Source: Promethearchaeota archaeon
GTDB lineage: Archaea > Asgardarchaeota > Lokiarchaeia > Sigyniarchaeales > SOKP01
DNA length: 64,000 bases
Direction: 5' to 3'
Assembly: GCA_016839705.1 (NCBI GenBank)
Contig: JAEOTR010000057.1
Coordinates: 32,001 to 96,000 of the forward strand
Below, one piece after another: positions 39,619 to 49,200 of this stretch. The position numbers were made by a program, and so were the translations under genes. Positions within the stretch are counted from its first letter, which is position 1, and each line of letters begins with the position of its first letter. The notes beneath the pieces are model-generated. The model saw only the letters and a list, made by a program, of their open reading frames with translations. It made no database searches and was not told the DNA's origin.

Positions 39619-40422
39619 CTAAAGTATTTTATCATCCTTCAAACTTTTACATAATTCCTGAACTTTTTCTTCGTTTGTTCCTGTGAAAATAATCTGATCA
39701 ATTTTCCTTTCTGGGACAAATACTTTCCAGACCTCAGTCATAGAACCATGCCTGCCTATTTTACGTTTATCCGGTTTTAGTTCCTCAGCATTTAACACTT
39801 TCACTTCTTTTTTATATGCTCTTACTACTCCAGAGATCGTTGGATTTCTAGGATTATTAATTTCCTTTAAAACCGTAATTAGGGCGGGTATTCTTGATTC
39901 AATGACAACAACCTCATCCGTTCTAAATATTCTCTCAACCAAGATTTTATCTTCTGTTAATCCAAACTTTTGAACATAGGTAATTTGAGGAATATTTAAT
40001 TCTTCAGCTAACTCTGGCCCAACCTGGCCTGTATCCCCGTCAATAGCTTGAGCACCAAGGATAACAAGATATTTCGTTTTATCTTTAGATCCTTTCAATA
40101 GATTTTTTATAGCAAGAGCTAAAGTATAAGAGGTAGCTAATGTGTCCGCCCCTGCAAAGGCTTTATCACTTAATAAAAAAGCACTATCCACACCCATAGC
40201 TAAAGCTTCTCTTAATACTTCCTTTGCTTGGGGTGGCCCCATGCTTATTGCTATAACTTCAGCAGTATGTTTCTCTTTAATTGTTAAAGCTAACTCAATC
40301 GCATTCTTGTCAAAAGGGTTAGTGATAGATGGAATTCCTTCTCTCACTAAAGAATTTGTCTTAGGATCAATTCTTACCTCAGAGACTCCTGGTACTTGCT
40401 TAATACAGACGAAAATCTTCAA
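39619..40422 (-). CDS. etfB: Electron transfer flavoprotein beta subunit
   Basis: CIKQVP, NPFD, SMGPP, FAGADTLAT, DGDTGQVGP. Confidence 0.95.
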   Translation of the reverse strand: MKIFVCIKQVPGVSEVRIDPKTNSLVREGIPSITNPFDKNAIELALTIKEKHTAEVIAISMGPPQAKEVLREALAMGVDSAFLLSDKAFAGADTLATSYTLALAIKNLLKGSKDKTKYLVILGAQAIDGDTGQVGPELAEELNIPQITYVQKFGLTEDKILVERIFRTDEVVVIESRIPALITVLKEINNPRNPTISGVVRAYKKEVKVLNAEELKPDKRKIGRHGSMTEVWKVFVPERKIDQIIFTGTNEEKVQELCKSLKDDKIL

Positions 40423-40449
40423 AATTATTCACAATTTCACTGGGTGAAC

Positions 40450-41613
40450 TTATAAGATATTAGCTCCCTTTCTTAATAACTGATTGGCTATAACCAACCT
40501 CTGAATTTCACTGGTCCCTTCATAAACCTCTCCCATTTTGGCATCCCTAAAATACCTTTCAACAGCATATGCTTTCATTAAGCCATAACCTCCATGAATT
40601 TGAACGGCACTATGAGCTGCTTTCATTGCTGCTTCAGATGCAACTAATTTAGCCATAGCACTAGCTAATCCATAATCCATTCCATTATCACACATATGTG
40701 CCGCTTTATATGTTAATAATCTTCCAGATTCTACCGCACAAGCCATATCTGAAATTTTCCATTGAATACCTTGAAATCGTCCAATTGGTTGTCCAAATTG
40801 TATTCTTTCATTTGAATATTTAATAGAAGCTTCTAAACAGGCTTGACCTAGACCTACACATTGCGAGGCTATAGAAATTCTACCATAATCTAAAGTTTTC
40901 ATAGCTAACCGAAAACCTTCCCCAATGTTCCCTAAGATATTTTCATAAGGAACTCGAACATCTTGAAAAACAAGTTCAGATGTGTTTGAAGCTCGAACTC
41001 CAAGTTTATCTTCTTTTACACCTACGGAATAACCAGGAGTATTTGTATCAACAATAAAGATTGTTAGTTCTTTTCTTGATCCTTTTTCCCCAGATTTAGC
41101 TACAACAAGTAAAGTTTGGGCAATCCCCCCATTGGTGGCAAAAATTTTGCTTCCATTTAGTATCCATTCATCTCCATCTTTCTCAGCACTCAGTTGAACA
41201 CCTCCTGCATCTGAGCCTGCATTGGCTTCAGTTAAGCAGAATGCCCCTACTTTATTACCTTTAGCTAGGTCTATAAGAAATCTTTGTTTTTGATCTTCAG
41301 TTCCAAATTTATAAATAGGATATGCACATACACTACAATGGACTCCGATAGTAATCCCCCATGAGGCATCAACTCTTCCAATTTCTTCAGTTACTATACA
41401 AAAACTTATTGTATCGTCATGTAAGCCCGCCCCACCATATTCTTCTGGAATACAGGTACCAAAGTAATTCATCTCTTTCATTTTTTGAAAAATTTTATCA
41501 TCTAACTTTGATTTTTGGTCGCTTTCCTCTGCTACAGGTGCTATATATTCTTCAGCAAACTCCCGTGTGATTTTTCTCAACATTTTTTGTTGTTCATTTA
41601 AGGTGAAATCCAT
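40450..41613 (-). CDS. Acyl-CoA dehydrogenase (butyryl/short-branched-chain type)
   Basis: FCLTEANAGSD, GSKIFATNG, RIQFG, QIHGGYG, YEGTSEIQR. Confidence 0.95.
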   Translation of the reverse strand: MDFTLNEQQKMLRKITREFAEEYIAPVAEESDQKSKLDDKIFQKMKEMNYFGTCIPEEYGGAGLHDDTISFCIVTEEIGRVDASWGITIGVHCSVCAYPIYKFGTEDQKQRFLIDLAKGNKVGAFCLTEANAGSDAGGVQLSAEKDGDEWILNGSKIFATNGGIAQTLLVVAKSGEKGSRKELTIFIVDTNTPGYSVGVKEDKLGVRASNTSELVFQDVRVPYENILGNIGEGFRLAMKTLDYGRISIASQCVGLGQACLEASIKYSNERIQFGQPIGRFQGIQWKISDMACAVESGRLLTYKAAHMCDNGMDYGLASAMAKLVASEAAMKAAHSAVQIHGGYGLMKAYAVERYFRDAKMGEVYEGTSEIQRLVIANQLLRKGANIL

Positions 41614-41647
41614 TTTACAACAACTATTTGTTTGTTATTTCATAATC

Positions 41648-41669
41648 TAACTAATGAAAAAATTAGTTA
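41648..41669. promoter_or_regulatory. Perfect inverted repeat, candidate operator
   Basis: TAACTAAT-gaaaaa-ATTAGTTA, 35 bp upstream of the acyl-CoA dehydrogenase start in a divergent intergenic region. Confidence 0.45.
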
Positions 41670-41800
41670 TTGATGATAATTATATTTTATCAATCCAAAC
41701 TGGCTAAATAAGAATTTAATTGATATTCTGTATAGGATTTTATTATATTAGTTGTATTTCAAAATTTAAAATTTAAATCTATATTAACCTTACTTTAACT

Positions 41801-42607
41801 ATGAGTAGTCTCAACCACCATTTTAAAATTTCTAAACTTAAAGATTATTTATACGTTATAATGGAGAATATCTCTATTATTCATCCTGTATATAGAAATG
41901 ATCCTCTAAATTTGTACTTACTTCTAGGTACTCACACCGCTCTTTTAATGGATACAGGATGTGGTCTTTATCCTTTAAAACCTATCGTGGATGAATTGAT
42001 AGTTGACCGAAAATTATTAGTTTTCAACACTCATTATCACTGGGACCATCCTTTGGGCAATGTAGAATTTGGAGAGGTTTATATTCATGAAAGTGAAGTT
42101 GAACTTGTTTCAAAACCCTATGATGTTTCATACTTCAAAGATTCTCCTAATGAAATTGTAAAGATTTACGCGGAGCAAGACTTTTTAATACCTCCCGCAA
42201 AAATAATTAAACCATTACAAGATGGAAATATTTTTGATTTAGGAGAAATTGAGGTAAAGGTTATACATTGTCCAGGACATTCCCCCGGCTCAATTTGTTT
42301 ACTTACAAACAGAGGAGAACTTTTTACTAGTGATGTAGCTTATTATGGGGATATTTTTCTTCCTAACAGAGATTCATTTCCATTAGTACTTAAATCTCTT
42401 TCCAAATTAATGAAAATTTGTGAAGAACAACCAGATCTCGAACTGTATCCATCACATCAGATATATCCATGTGATAAAAATCTTTTAGTTGATCTTTATA
42501 ATGGTATTAGAAATATTGAAAACCTATGGGAGTCTAAAAAAGCCTTTGATTTTTTTGAAGCTTGGCAAGTTGATGATGAGAAGTTTAGGTATTACGTAGC
42601 TAGATGA
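41801..42607 (+). CDS. MBL-fold metallo-hydrolase
   Basis: MDTG, THYHWDH, PGHSPGS, SD, PSH. Confidence 0.9.
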   Translation: MSSLNHHFKISKLKDYLYVIMENISIIHPVYRNDPLNLYLLLGTHTALLMDTGCGLYPLKPIVDELIVDRKLLVFNTHYHWDHPLGNVEFGEVYIHESEVELVSKPYDVSYFKDSPNEIVKIYAEQDFLIPPAKIIKPLQDGNIFDLGEIEVKVIHCPGHSPGSICLLTNRGELFTSDVAYYGDIFLPNRDSFPLVLKSLSKLMKICEEQPDLELYPSHQIYPCDKNLLVDLYNGIRNIENLWESKKAFDFFEAWQVDDEKFRYYVAR

Positions 42608-42736
42608 TAAAAGTTTTTAAAAATCCATATAGAATTAAGCAAATTGTAGAAGAATCATTTGACAAAAGTTTTTATACAATCACGATAATTTTAGAAATGT
42701 TTTAATTTAATAAAACTAAACCAAAGGGTTTGAAAA

Positions 42737-43849
42737 ATGTCAATATCAGATAGATCTAAACTTAGTCAGCAAGTAAAAGAGCTTATGGATGAGTTTCAAA
42801 AGATTCAGATGAAAGCTATTTCAGAATTCCTTAAAATTAAAGAAAACCAGACTATAAATTTCCTTGAACTTAATTCTAAAATCATGGAAGCAAATAAACG
42901 TTGGGTTGAAACCAAAGGAAAAGATTTAACAATTCAGGATTTATATGATCTAACTACACCTGAAGAACGACTCTATCTTAAAAGATTATTCCAATTCATT
43001 TTCGACAAGATGTCAGATCAGCAAGAAAGTGAAAATCCCTTGCCAGAAAACATTAAAATAGAACAGATTATGGCATATGACATCCCTGCAGAATGGCAGA
43101 TTGTTCCAGGAGTAAATGATGATCGAGTTTTATTATATTTCCATGGTGGTGGTATGGTTATAGGTTCCCCTCGAGATTCTCGATATTTCACTGTGGCATT
43201 AGGGCAAGCAACAAAGATGCGGGTATTGAGTATAGATTATCGTCTTGCCCCAGAGCATCCTCATCCTGCAGGTCAAGAAGATTGTGTCACAGCATACAAA
43301 TGGCTCCTGTCAACAGGAATTAAACCAGAAAATATTATAATAGGTGGACTTTCAGCAGGTGGTTATTTTACTCTTACTACAATTCTACGGTTGCGAGAGG
43401 AAGGAATTCCTTTACCCTTAGGAGCAATCTGTCTATCACCAGGTACAGATTTCAGACAAGAGGGTATTGATGACTTATTCTTTGAAAATGCTAGGACAGA
43501 TCCAATATTAGCAGATGGGGGATTATTGTTATTTTGTATCCCCGCTTATGCAGCAGGTGCAGATCTAAACGATCCACTACTTTCCCCAGTTATAGCTGAT
43601 TTTAAGGGATTCCCCCCGTTGCTTGTACAAGCGAGTACAAGTGAAATGCTCTATAGTGGATCCAAGCGTCTTGCTGAAAAAGCTAAGGAAGCAGGAGTTG
43701 ATGTTACTCTAGAGACATGGGATAATATACCACATGGATTTCATGTATTTGGATTAAATGTATTACCTGAAGCTGAGGACGCTATTAATCACATTAAAAT
43801 CTTTATTCAGAAATTGTTTAAAGAAGAAGCGCTTGAAATTCAAGTCTAA
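42737..43849 (+). CDS. HSL-family (Abhydrolase_3) esterase/lipase
   Basis: YFHGGG, DYRLAPEHP, GLSAGG, HGFH. Confidence 0.92.
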   Translation: MSISDRSKLSQQVKELMDEFQKIQMKAISEFLKIKENQTINFLELNSKIMEANKRWVETKGKDLTIQDLYDLTTPEERLYLKRLFQFIFDKMSDQQESENPLPENIKIEQIMAYDIPAEWQIVPGVNDDRVLLYFHGGGMVIGSPRDSRYFTVALGQATKMRVLSIDYRLAPEHPHPAGQEDCVTAYKWLLSTGIKPENIIIGGLSAGGYFTLTTILRLREEGIPLPLGAICLSPGTDFRQEGIDDLFFENARTDPILADGGLLLFCIPAYAAGADLNDPLLSPVIADFKGFPPLLVQASTSEMLYSGSKRLAEKAKEAGVDVTLETWDNIPHGFHVFGLNVLPEAEDAINHIKIFIQKLFKEEALEIQV

Positions 43850-43977
43850 TTTTTAATTCATCATTTTTTTTCCCCTACTATAAAAATTACCTATTTTGTT
43901 CTATTTTTAAAAAAATAAATATAAATATCTATTATTACAGTACATAAAGATAATTAGCAAATTAATGTGATTTTAAA

Positions 43978-45651
43978 TTGTTTGATAAAGATTATTTGGA
44001 AAAGGTCAAAGAAGAAAAAGAGAAATGGGAAAAGCTCTATGAAAGCCTGAAAGAACGTGATGTTAGATTTGTAACCGACTCTGAAATTCCAATTAAGAAA
44101 TTGTATACTCCATTGGATCTCAAAGAGAACGACTATCTGAGCAATATCAGCTTTCCAGGAACCCCTCCATATACAAGGGGAGTTTATCCTTCTATGTACC
44201 GGGGGAGATTGTGGACTATGAGATTATTTTCAGGTCATGGAACTCCTGAAGAAACTAATAAAAGATGGAAATTTCTCTATGAAAACGGGGAAACAGGATT
44301 TAGTGCGGCAGTTGATGCATTAACTTTTAATGGAATTGACCCTACTAATCCGGATGGTGCTCCCGAAGTTGGAACATCTGGTGTACCGTTGTATTGTATC
44401 GATAGTCTGTTTGCTTTAACTGAAGATATACCAATAGACAAAATCAGTGTAGCATTAGTCGTTGAGCCTTTTACATCTGCACCTGTATGTGCAATGTATT
44501 TTAATATGGCCAAAATGCGCGGATATGACATAAGTAAATTAATAGGTACAACTCAAAATGACATTTTAACAATGACCGTAGGCTATATTCCTTATAAAAA
44601 TTGTCCTCCTAATCACATTCTACGTTTAGCATGCGATTTCATTGAATGGACCGTACCGATGAAAAATGTTCCAAATTGGCATCCTATTAATTTTACTGGA
44701 TACAATTATCGAGAAGGTGGAATTGATGCTGTCCAAGAACTTGGATTCGTATTTGCAAGCGCTTGTTCCCATATTGACAATCTTATTGAACGGGGATGGA
44801 GGGCTGATGATTTTGTAGGGCGTTTAGCTTTTCATTTAGCAGCCCATAAAGATTTTTTTGAAGAAATCGCAAAATTTAGAGCAGCTAGGAGAATTTGGTA
44901 TAAGTTAATGAAAAAATATGAAGTTAAAGATCCAAGAAATTTTGGTTTTCGATTCCATGTTCAGACTGCGGGTTCCTCTTTGACAGCACAATTACCTAAA
45001 TTGAATATAGTAAGAACTGCAATCCAAGCATTAGAAGCAAATCTCGGTGGTTGTCAATCATTGCACACTAATTCTTATGATGAAGCAATTTGCTTACCAT
45101 CTGAGGAAGCTGCTTTAGTTGCCTTAAGAACTCAACAAATAATATCAGATGAAAGTCGGATTCATAATACGATAGATCCTCTCGCAGGCTCATACTTTAT
45201 TGAATGGCTAACTGATGAGATCGAGGAAAGGGTGTGGAAGTATATGGATAAAGTCCAACAGGTGGGGTCGATTGACAAAGCCCTTTCGTCTGGATTTTTA
45301 TATAAGGAAATGAGGGATGCCTTCCATAAGAGAAAAACGCGTCTTGAAAGTGGTGATGAAATTATGCTCGGTGTCAATAAATATCCTGTTCCTTATGACG
45401 ATGTTACTGATGTATTTAGGACCAATAAGAAAGCAATTAACATTGAAGTGGACAGAATTAATAAGTTAAAAGCCAGAAGAGATAACGCAAAATTAGAAAA
45501 GATTTTAGATAAATTGCGGGATGTGTGCGAAAAAGAAGAAAATGTTATGCCTGTTATAATGGAAGCAACTAAAGAAGGGGCAACTGTGGGTGAAATCTGT
45601 GATATTTATAGAGAAATCTGGGGTATCTGGGAGCCTCCATTAGCAATTTAA
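43978..45651 (+). CDS. B12-dependent acyl-CoA mutase, large subunit (MCM/ICM family, atypical specificity residues)
   Basis: PYTRGVYPSMYRGRLWTMR, QND, EEIAKFRAARRIW, HVQTAG, QSLHTNSYDEA, DPLAGSY. Confidence 0.93.
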   Translation: MFDKDYLEKVKEEKEKWEKLYESLKERDVRFVTDSEIPIKKLYTPLDLKENDYLSNISFPGTPPYTRGVYPSMYRGRLWTMRLFSGHGTPEETNKRWKFLYENGETGFSAAVDALTFNGIDPTNPDGAPEVGTSGVPLYCIDSLFALTEDIPIDKISVALVVEPFTSAPVCAMYFNMAKMRGYDISKLIGTTQNDILTMTVGYIPYKNCPPNHILRLACDFIEWTVPMKNVPNWHPINFTGYNYREGGIDAVQELGFVFASACSHIDNLIERGWRADDFVGRLAFHLAAHKDFFEEIAKFRAARRIWYKLMKKYEVKDPRNFGFRFHVQTAGSSLTAQLPKLNIVRTAIQALEANLGGCQSLHTNSYDEAICLPSEEAALVALRTQQIISDESRIHNTIDPLAGSYFIEWLTDEIEERVWKYMDKVQQVGSIDKALSSGFLYKEMRDAFHKRKTRLESGDEIMLGVNKYPVPYDDVTDVFRTNKKAINIEVDRINKLKARRDNAKLEKILDKLRDVCEKEENVMPVIMEATKEGATVGEICDIYREIWGIWEPPLAI

Positions 45652-45669
45652 ATCTAAAGGTGATACCAT

Positions 45670-46068
45670 ATGGATGATAAGAAAATAAGAGTCTTGATGT
45701 CAAAACCGGGTATTGATGGACATTGGCGTGGTGGGATTGTTGTCTCAAGAGCAATTAGAGATGCTGGGATGGAGCTTATATTTGGTGGCTTTCAAAATGT
45801 TCAACAAATTGTTGAAGCAGCAATTCAAGAAGATGTTGATATTATTGGTTTAAGTATTCATTCAGGAGCACATTTTGCTTACACTCAAGAAATCATTGAC
45901 TTATTAAAAGAAAAAGGTGTTTTTGACGACATTATGATTCTAGTCGGAGGTGTTATTCCTGCCATAGACTTTCCAAAATTACGGGAAATGGGAGTAGCAA
46001 ATGTTTACGGTCCTGGAAGTCTTACAAAAGATATCATTGATTTTATTCAAAATAACGTCAAAAAATAA
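45670..46068 (+). CDS. Acyl-CoA mutase cobalamin-binding small subunit
   Basis: KPGIDGHWRG (DxHxxG), QEDVDIIGLSIHSGAH, GGVIP. Confidence 0.93.
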   Translation: MDDKKIRVLMSKPGIDGHWRGGIVVSRAIRDAGMELIFGGFQNVQQIVEAAIQEDVDIIGLSIHSGAHFAYTQEIIDLLKEKGVFDDIMILVGGVIPAIDFPKLREMGVANVYGPGSLTKDIIDFIQNNVKK

Positions 46069-46137
46069 AAAAACTATGCAATATTTTCTTTTTTAAATTA
46101 AAATATATAAGCTATTTTTTAATGGGGTTGCTATTTC

Positions 46138-47112
46138 TTGAAAAGGGACTACGACATTAATGATTTAATCACTAAATTTAAAAATAAGGATAAAATAGCC
46201 TTAGCAAGGTTAATCACAATCATAGAAAATGAACCAGATAAGGCTCATGAGATTTTCAGACATTTAGAAGATGTGAAAAATGATTCATACATAATAGGTA
46301 TTACGGGCTCTCCCGGTGTTGGTAAAAGTACTTTAACGGGTGAAATCTGTAAAAAACTCTTAGATGATGGAAAGAGGATCGGAATAATATGCGTAGATCC
46401 TACGAGCCCATTTAGTGGGGGAGCATTTTTGGGTGATAGGGTAAGGATGACTAATATTTCTTTACACCCAAATATGTTTTTGAGAAGCCTTGCATCAAGA
46501 GGATATAAAGGCGGAATTTCTAGAGCTGTCTTTGACATCAGTTTGTTATATGAAGCTTTTGGAATGGATATAATTATTATCGAAACTGTTGGTGTTGGCC
46601 AAGCTGAATTTGATATCTACAATTTAGTATATTCTGTTGTTGTGGTCCTAGTCCCTGGATACGGAGATGCAATTCAAATGCAAAAAGCAGGAATAATAGA
46701 AATTGGGGATATTTACGATGTAAACAAAAAAGATTTAGGTGGTGAAGACATTGCCGTTCAAATAGAAATGATGCTTGATGATTCCACTTTCCAGAGTGGA
46801 TGGAGACCACCTGTTTCTATGACTAATGCCATTTCCGGGGAAGGTGTGGATGATTTAGTGCAAAATATCATGGACCACAAGGAACATTTAGAATTATCTG
46901 AATCTATTAATGAAAAGAAAAAAAATAGGTTTAGGTATAAGATTAAGGAATTAGTGTATACAAAGATTGATAAAATCATCTCAGAAGGCTTTCTAAATGA
47001 AAACGAAATTAATGAGATTATAAATCATGCTCTAGATGATGGAAAGTTTAAAATTTATCGAACTATCCATAATAAATTCGAGGATGTAAATTTCGAAATT
47101 AATAAAAAATAA
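46138..47112 (+). CDS. meaB: MeaB/ArgK mutase-associated GTPase chaperone
   Basis: GITGSPGVGKST, VDPTSPFSGGAFLGDRVRM, ETVGVGQ, NKKD. Confidence 0.94.
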   Translation: MKRDYDINDLITKFKNKDKIALARLITIIENEPDKAHEIFRHLEDVKNDSYIIGITGSPGVGKSTLTGEICKKLLDDGKRIGIICVDPTSPFSGGAFLGDRVRMTNISLHPNMFLRSLASRGYKGGISRAVFDISLLYEAFGMDIIIIETVGVGQAEFDIYNLVYSVVVVLVPGYGDAIQMQKAGIIEIGDIYDVNKKDLGGEDIAVQIEMMLDDSTFQSGWRPPVSMTNAISGEGVDDLVQNIMDHKEHLELSESINEKKKNRFRYKIKELVYTKIDKIISEGFLNENEINEIINHALDDGKFKIYRTIHNKFEDVNFEINKK

Positions 47113-47220
47113 AAAAATAACTTTTTCATTTGAATTTCTATTTTATATTGATCAATGTTTAATATTCTTCATTATTTTCAAAAACAATAATTCAAATCAA
47201 ATTAAATTAGACTGTTAAAT

Positions 47221-48027
47221 ATGCCAATACTAGGAATAGATTATGAAAAATGTAATGACTGTCAAATTTGCTATAATGCATGCTATAGATATTTCAGACG
47301 TGATAAAGAATTAAATAAAATGGTATTTGAAGATCCTAATAATCTTTGTGATTCATGCGGGCGTTGCATAGCAAGGTGTAAATCGGATGCGATTTTGTAT
47401 GAAAACTTTGGGGAATTCTTAACTTTTGAAGAAGCTCAAAATCCTAGTACATTAATATCATACGATAATATGCATAAATTTATGAGTGCTAAGCGTTCAA
47501 TTAGGGGATTCAAAAAGAAAAAAGTTCCAAAAGCTGATTTAAAAAAAGTCTTGGACACTATGAAATATGCCCCTACAGGAGCTAACATCCGAACTTTAGA
47601 ATGTACTATAATTTCAGATAATGAAAAAATCAAAGAATTATCAGGAGTGGTTATGGACGCAATAATAGCTTCACGCCTTCCAAGGTATTATGAAAATTTC
47701 ATAAAGGCTAAGAAATATGGGATAGATACAATTTTTCATAATGCCCCTCATGTAATGATTATACACTCAGAAAATCCTGGAGATGCCATGAATTCTACAA
47801 TAGCCCTGACATATGGAATGCTATGTGCGCAAACTTTAGGACTGGGAAGTTGTTGGATTGGATTAGCTCATGGAGTTCTTTCATCGAGTAAAGAAATACA
47901 GGAGAAATATACTGGAATTCAAGGTATTGTATGGGGTGTAATAATTATCGGATATCCTACACAAATTTACTATCGAGTACCACCACGTCCAGACATAAAA
48001 ACTAAAGGATTAGAGGAACTAGAATAA
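47221..48027 (+). CDS. Nitroreductase family protein with N-terminal ferredoxin
   Basis: CNDCQICYNAC, CDSCGRCIARC; KRSIRGF, APTGAN, LGLGSCWIG, IGYP. Confidence 0.9.
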   Translation: MPILGIDYEKCNDCQICYNACYRYFRRDKELNKMVFEDPNNLCDSCGRCIARCKSDAILYENFGEFLTFEEAQNPSTLISYDNMHKFMSAKRSIRGFKKKKVPKADLKKVLDTMKYAPTGANIRTLECTIISDNEKIKELSGVVMDAIIASRLPRYYENFIKAKKYGIDTIFHNAPHVMIIHSENPGDAMNSTIALTYGMLCAQTLGLGSCWIGLAHGVLSSSKEIQEKYTGIQGIVWGVIIIGYPTQIYYRVPPRPDIKTKGLEELE

Positions 48028-48060
48028 ATTGTAAATTAATTTATCGAATATTGAAAAAAT

Positions 48061-48429
48061 ATGGTAGAATTCTGTCCTGAATGTGGGAATTTGTTAAGGA
48101 GAAAAACCTGCAGATGTGGGTATGGAGAACCAGAAGGAATCACTAAAGATGCATCTTACAATCATATGAAAAAAATCTGGGATCCCCCCTCTCCTAATAA
48201 CATATACTGCAAAATAACAGCTACTCCTTATGATAAACTTAAATCTATGCTAAATAAAGGGAATATTCCCGAAAAATTAAAGGAAGTAAGAGAGAATATA
48301 AAATCTCATCTTTATTCGTGTAGTAACTGTCTTTATTATCATGGGGATATATTTCTTTGTAAATTTAAAAATAAATACTTAACAAAAGATTCCATCTGTA
48401 GGAGTTTTGAACCCTATTCAGATAACTAA
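48061..48429 (+). CDS. Zinc-ribbon protein (RpoM-like N-terminus plus second Cys cluster)
   Basis: EFCPECGNLL..CRCGY; C-terminal CSNCLYY...C...C. Confidence 0.7.
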   Translation: MVEFCPECGNLLRRKTCRCGYGEPEGITKDASYNHMKKIWDPPSPNNIYCKITATPYDKLKSMLNKGNIPEKLKEVRENIKSHLYSCSNCLYYHGDIFLCKFKNKYLTKDSICRSFEPYSDN

Positions 48430-48454
48430 TTTCTGAGCCTTTAAGCAACTTGTA

Positions 48455-48487
48455 TTGTTCGAAAAGTGGACTTTAAACCTTTAAATA
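48455..48487 (+). promoter_or_regulatory. Conserved operator + BRE/TATA element, copy 1
   Basis: TTGTTCGAAAAGTGGACTTTAAACCTTTAAATA; TATA at 48480. Confidence 0.8.
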
Positions 48488-48531
48488 TAATAAAAATAAT
48501 TAAAAACAAAATTGTGAAGGAAAATCATATT

Positions 48532-49044
48532 ATGAAAGAAATTAAAAAATTAGTGTGGATTTTTCCACTTATTGGTGGAATTATAACACTTATCGCTTTA
48601 TTAACTCCCGCCGCATATTTTATTTATCGATCACCATCCTTTACTAGTGATTTTTATCTTTGGATGTGTAATTTATATTTTTCTCATAGGTTTGAATTTG
48701 GTATTTATACCACGATAATTGAATTTGATACCCAATTAATAGGTCTTATCCCCTCGATTATATTATCGCTAATAATTACAATTTTAAGTATATTAACTAT
48801 TACAACTGCTATTAAATGTAGAAAAGGAACTATGAATATCAATATTAGCTGGATGGTCTCGGCTGTGGTAATAATAATTGCAACAATAATATGGATGATA
48901 ATGATGGAAGTTTCTAGGAGAGTGCTATATGGTCATCAATTTTGGGGGATTTTTAATCCTGGTTTCGGTGTTATTGTCCCATTTATAGGTGCCGGTTTAG
49001 AAATAGTAGGATATATTTTTTTGAAGAAAACATTAAGAAATTGA
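48532..49044 (+). CDS. Four-TM membrane protein
   Basis: Four hydrophobic helices; start moved to ATG 48532 because the ORF-track GTG lies inside the promoter element. Confidence 0.75.
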   Translation: MKEIKKLVWIFPLIGGIITLIALLTPAAYFIYRSPSFTSDFYLWMCNLYFSHRFEFGIYTTIIEFDTQLIGLIPSIILSLIITILSILTITTAIKCRKGTMNINISWMVSAVVIIIATIIWMIMMEVSRRVLYGHQFWGIFNPGFGVIVPFIGAGLEIVGYIFLKKTLRN

Positions 49045-49110
49045 TAAGCTATCCAATCGTTAATCCTGCAGATTCTATATATAGATGTTTTTAACTTTAA
49101 GTATCTTGTT

Positions 49111-49143
49111 TTGTTCGAAAAGTGCACCTTAAACCTTTATATA
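49111..49143 (+). promoter_or_regulatory. Conserved operator + BRE/TATA element, copy 2
   Basis: TTGTTCGAAAAGTGCACCTTAAACCTTTATATA; TATA at 49136. Confidence 0.8.
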
Positions 49144-49200
49144 CTTTCTTTATAGGTTTGATATAATTTTAAACAAAATAAAAAATTTCAATTAATTCTA

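Noticed and set aside
48466-48531. GTG-initiated extension of the 4-TM protein
   Set aside because: The GTG lies within the conserved operator/TATA element, upstream of the expected TSS
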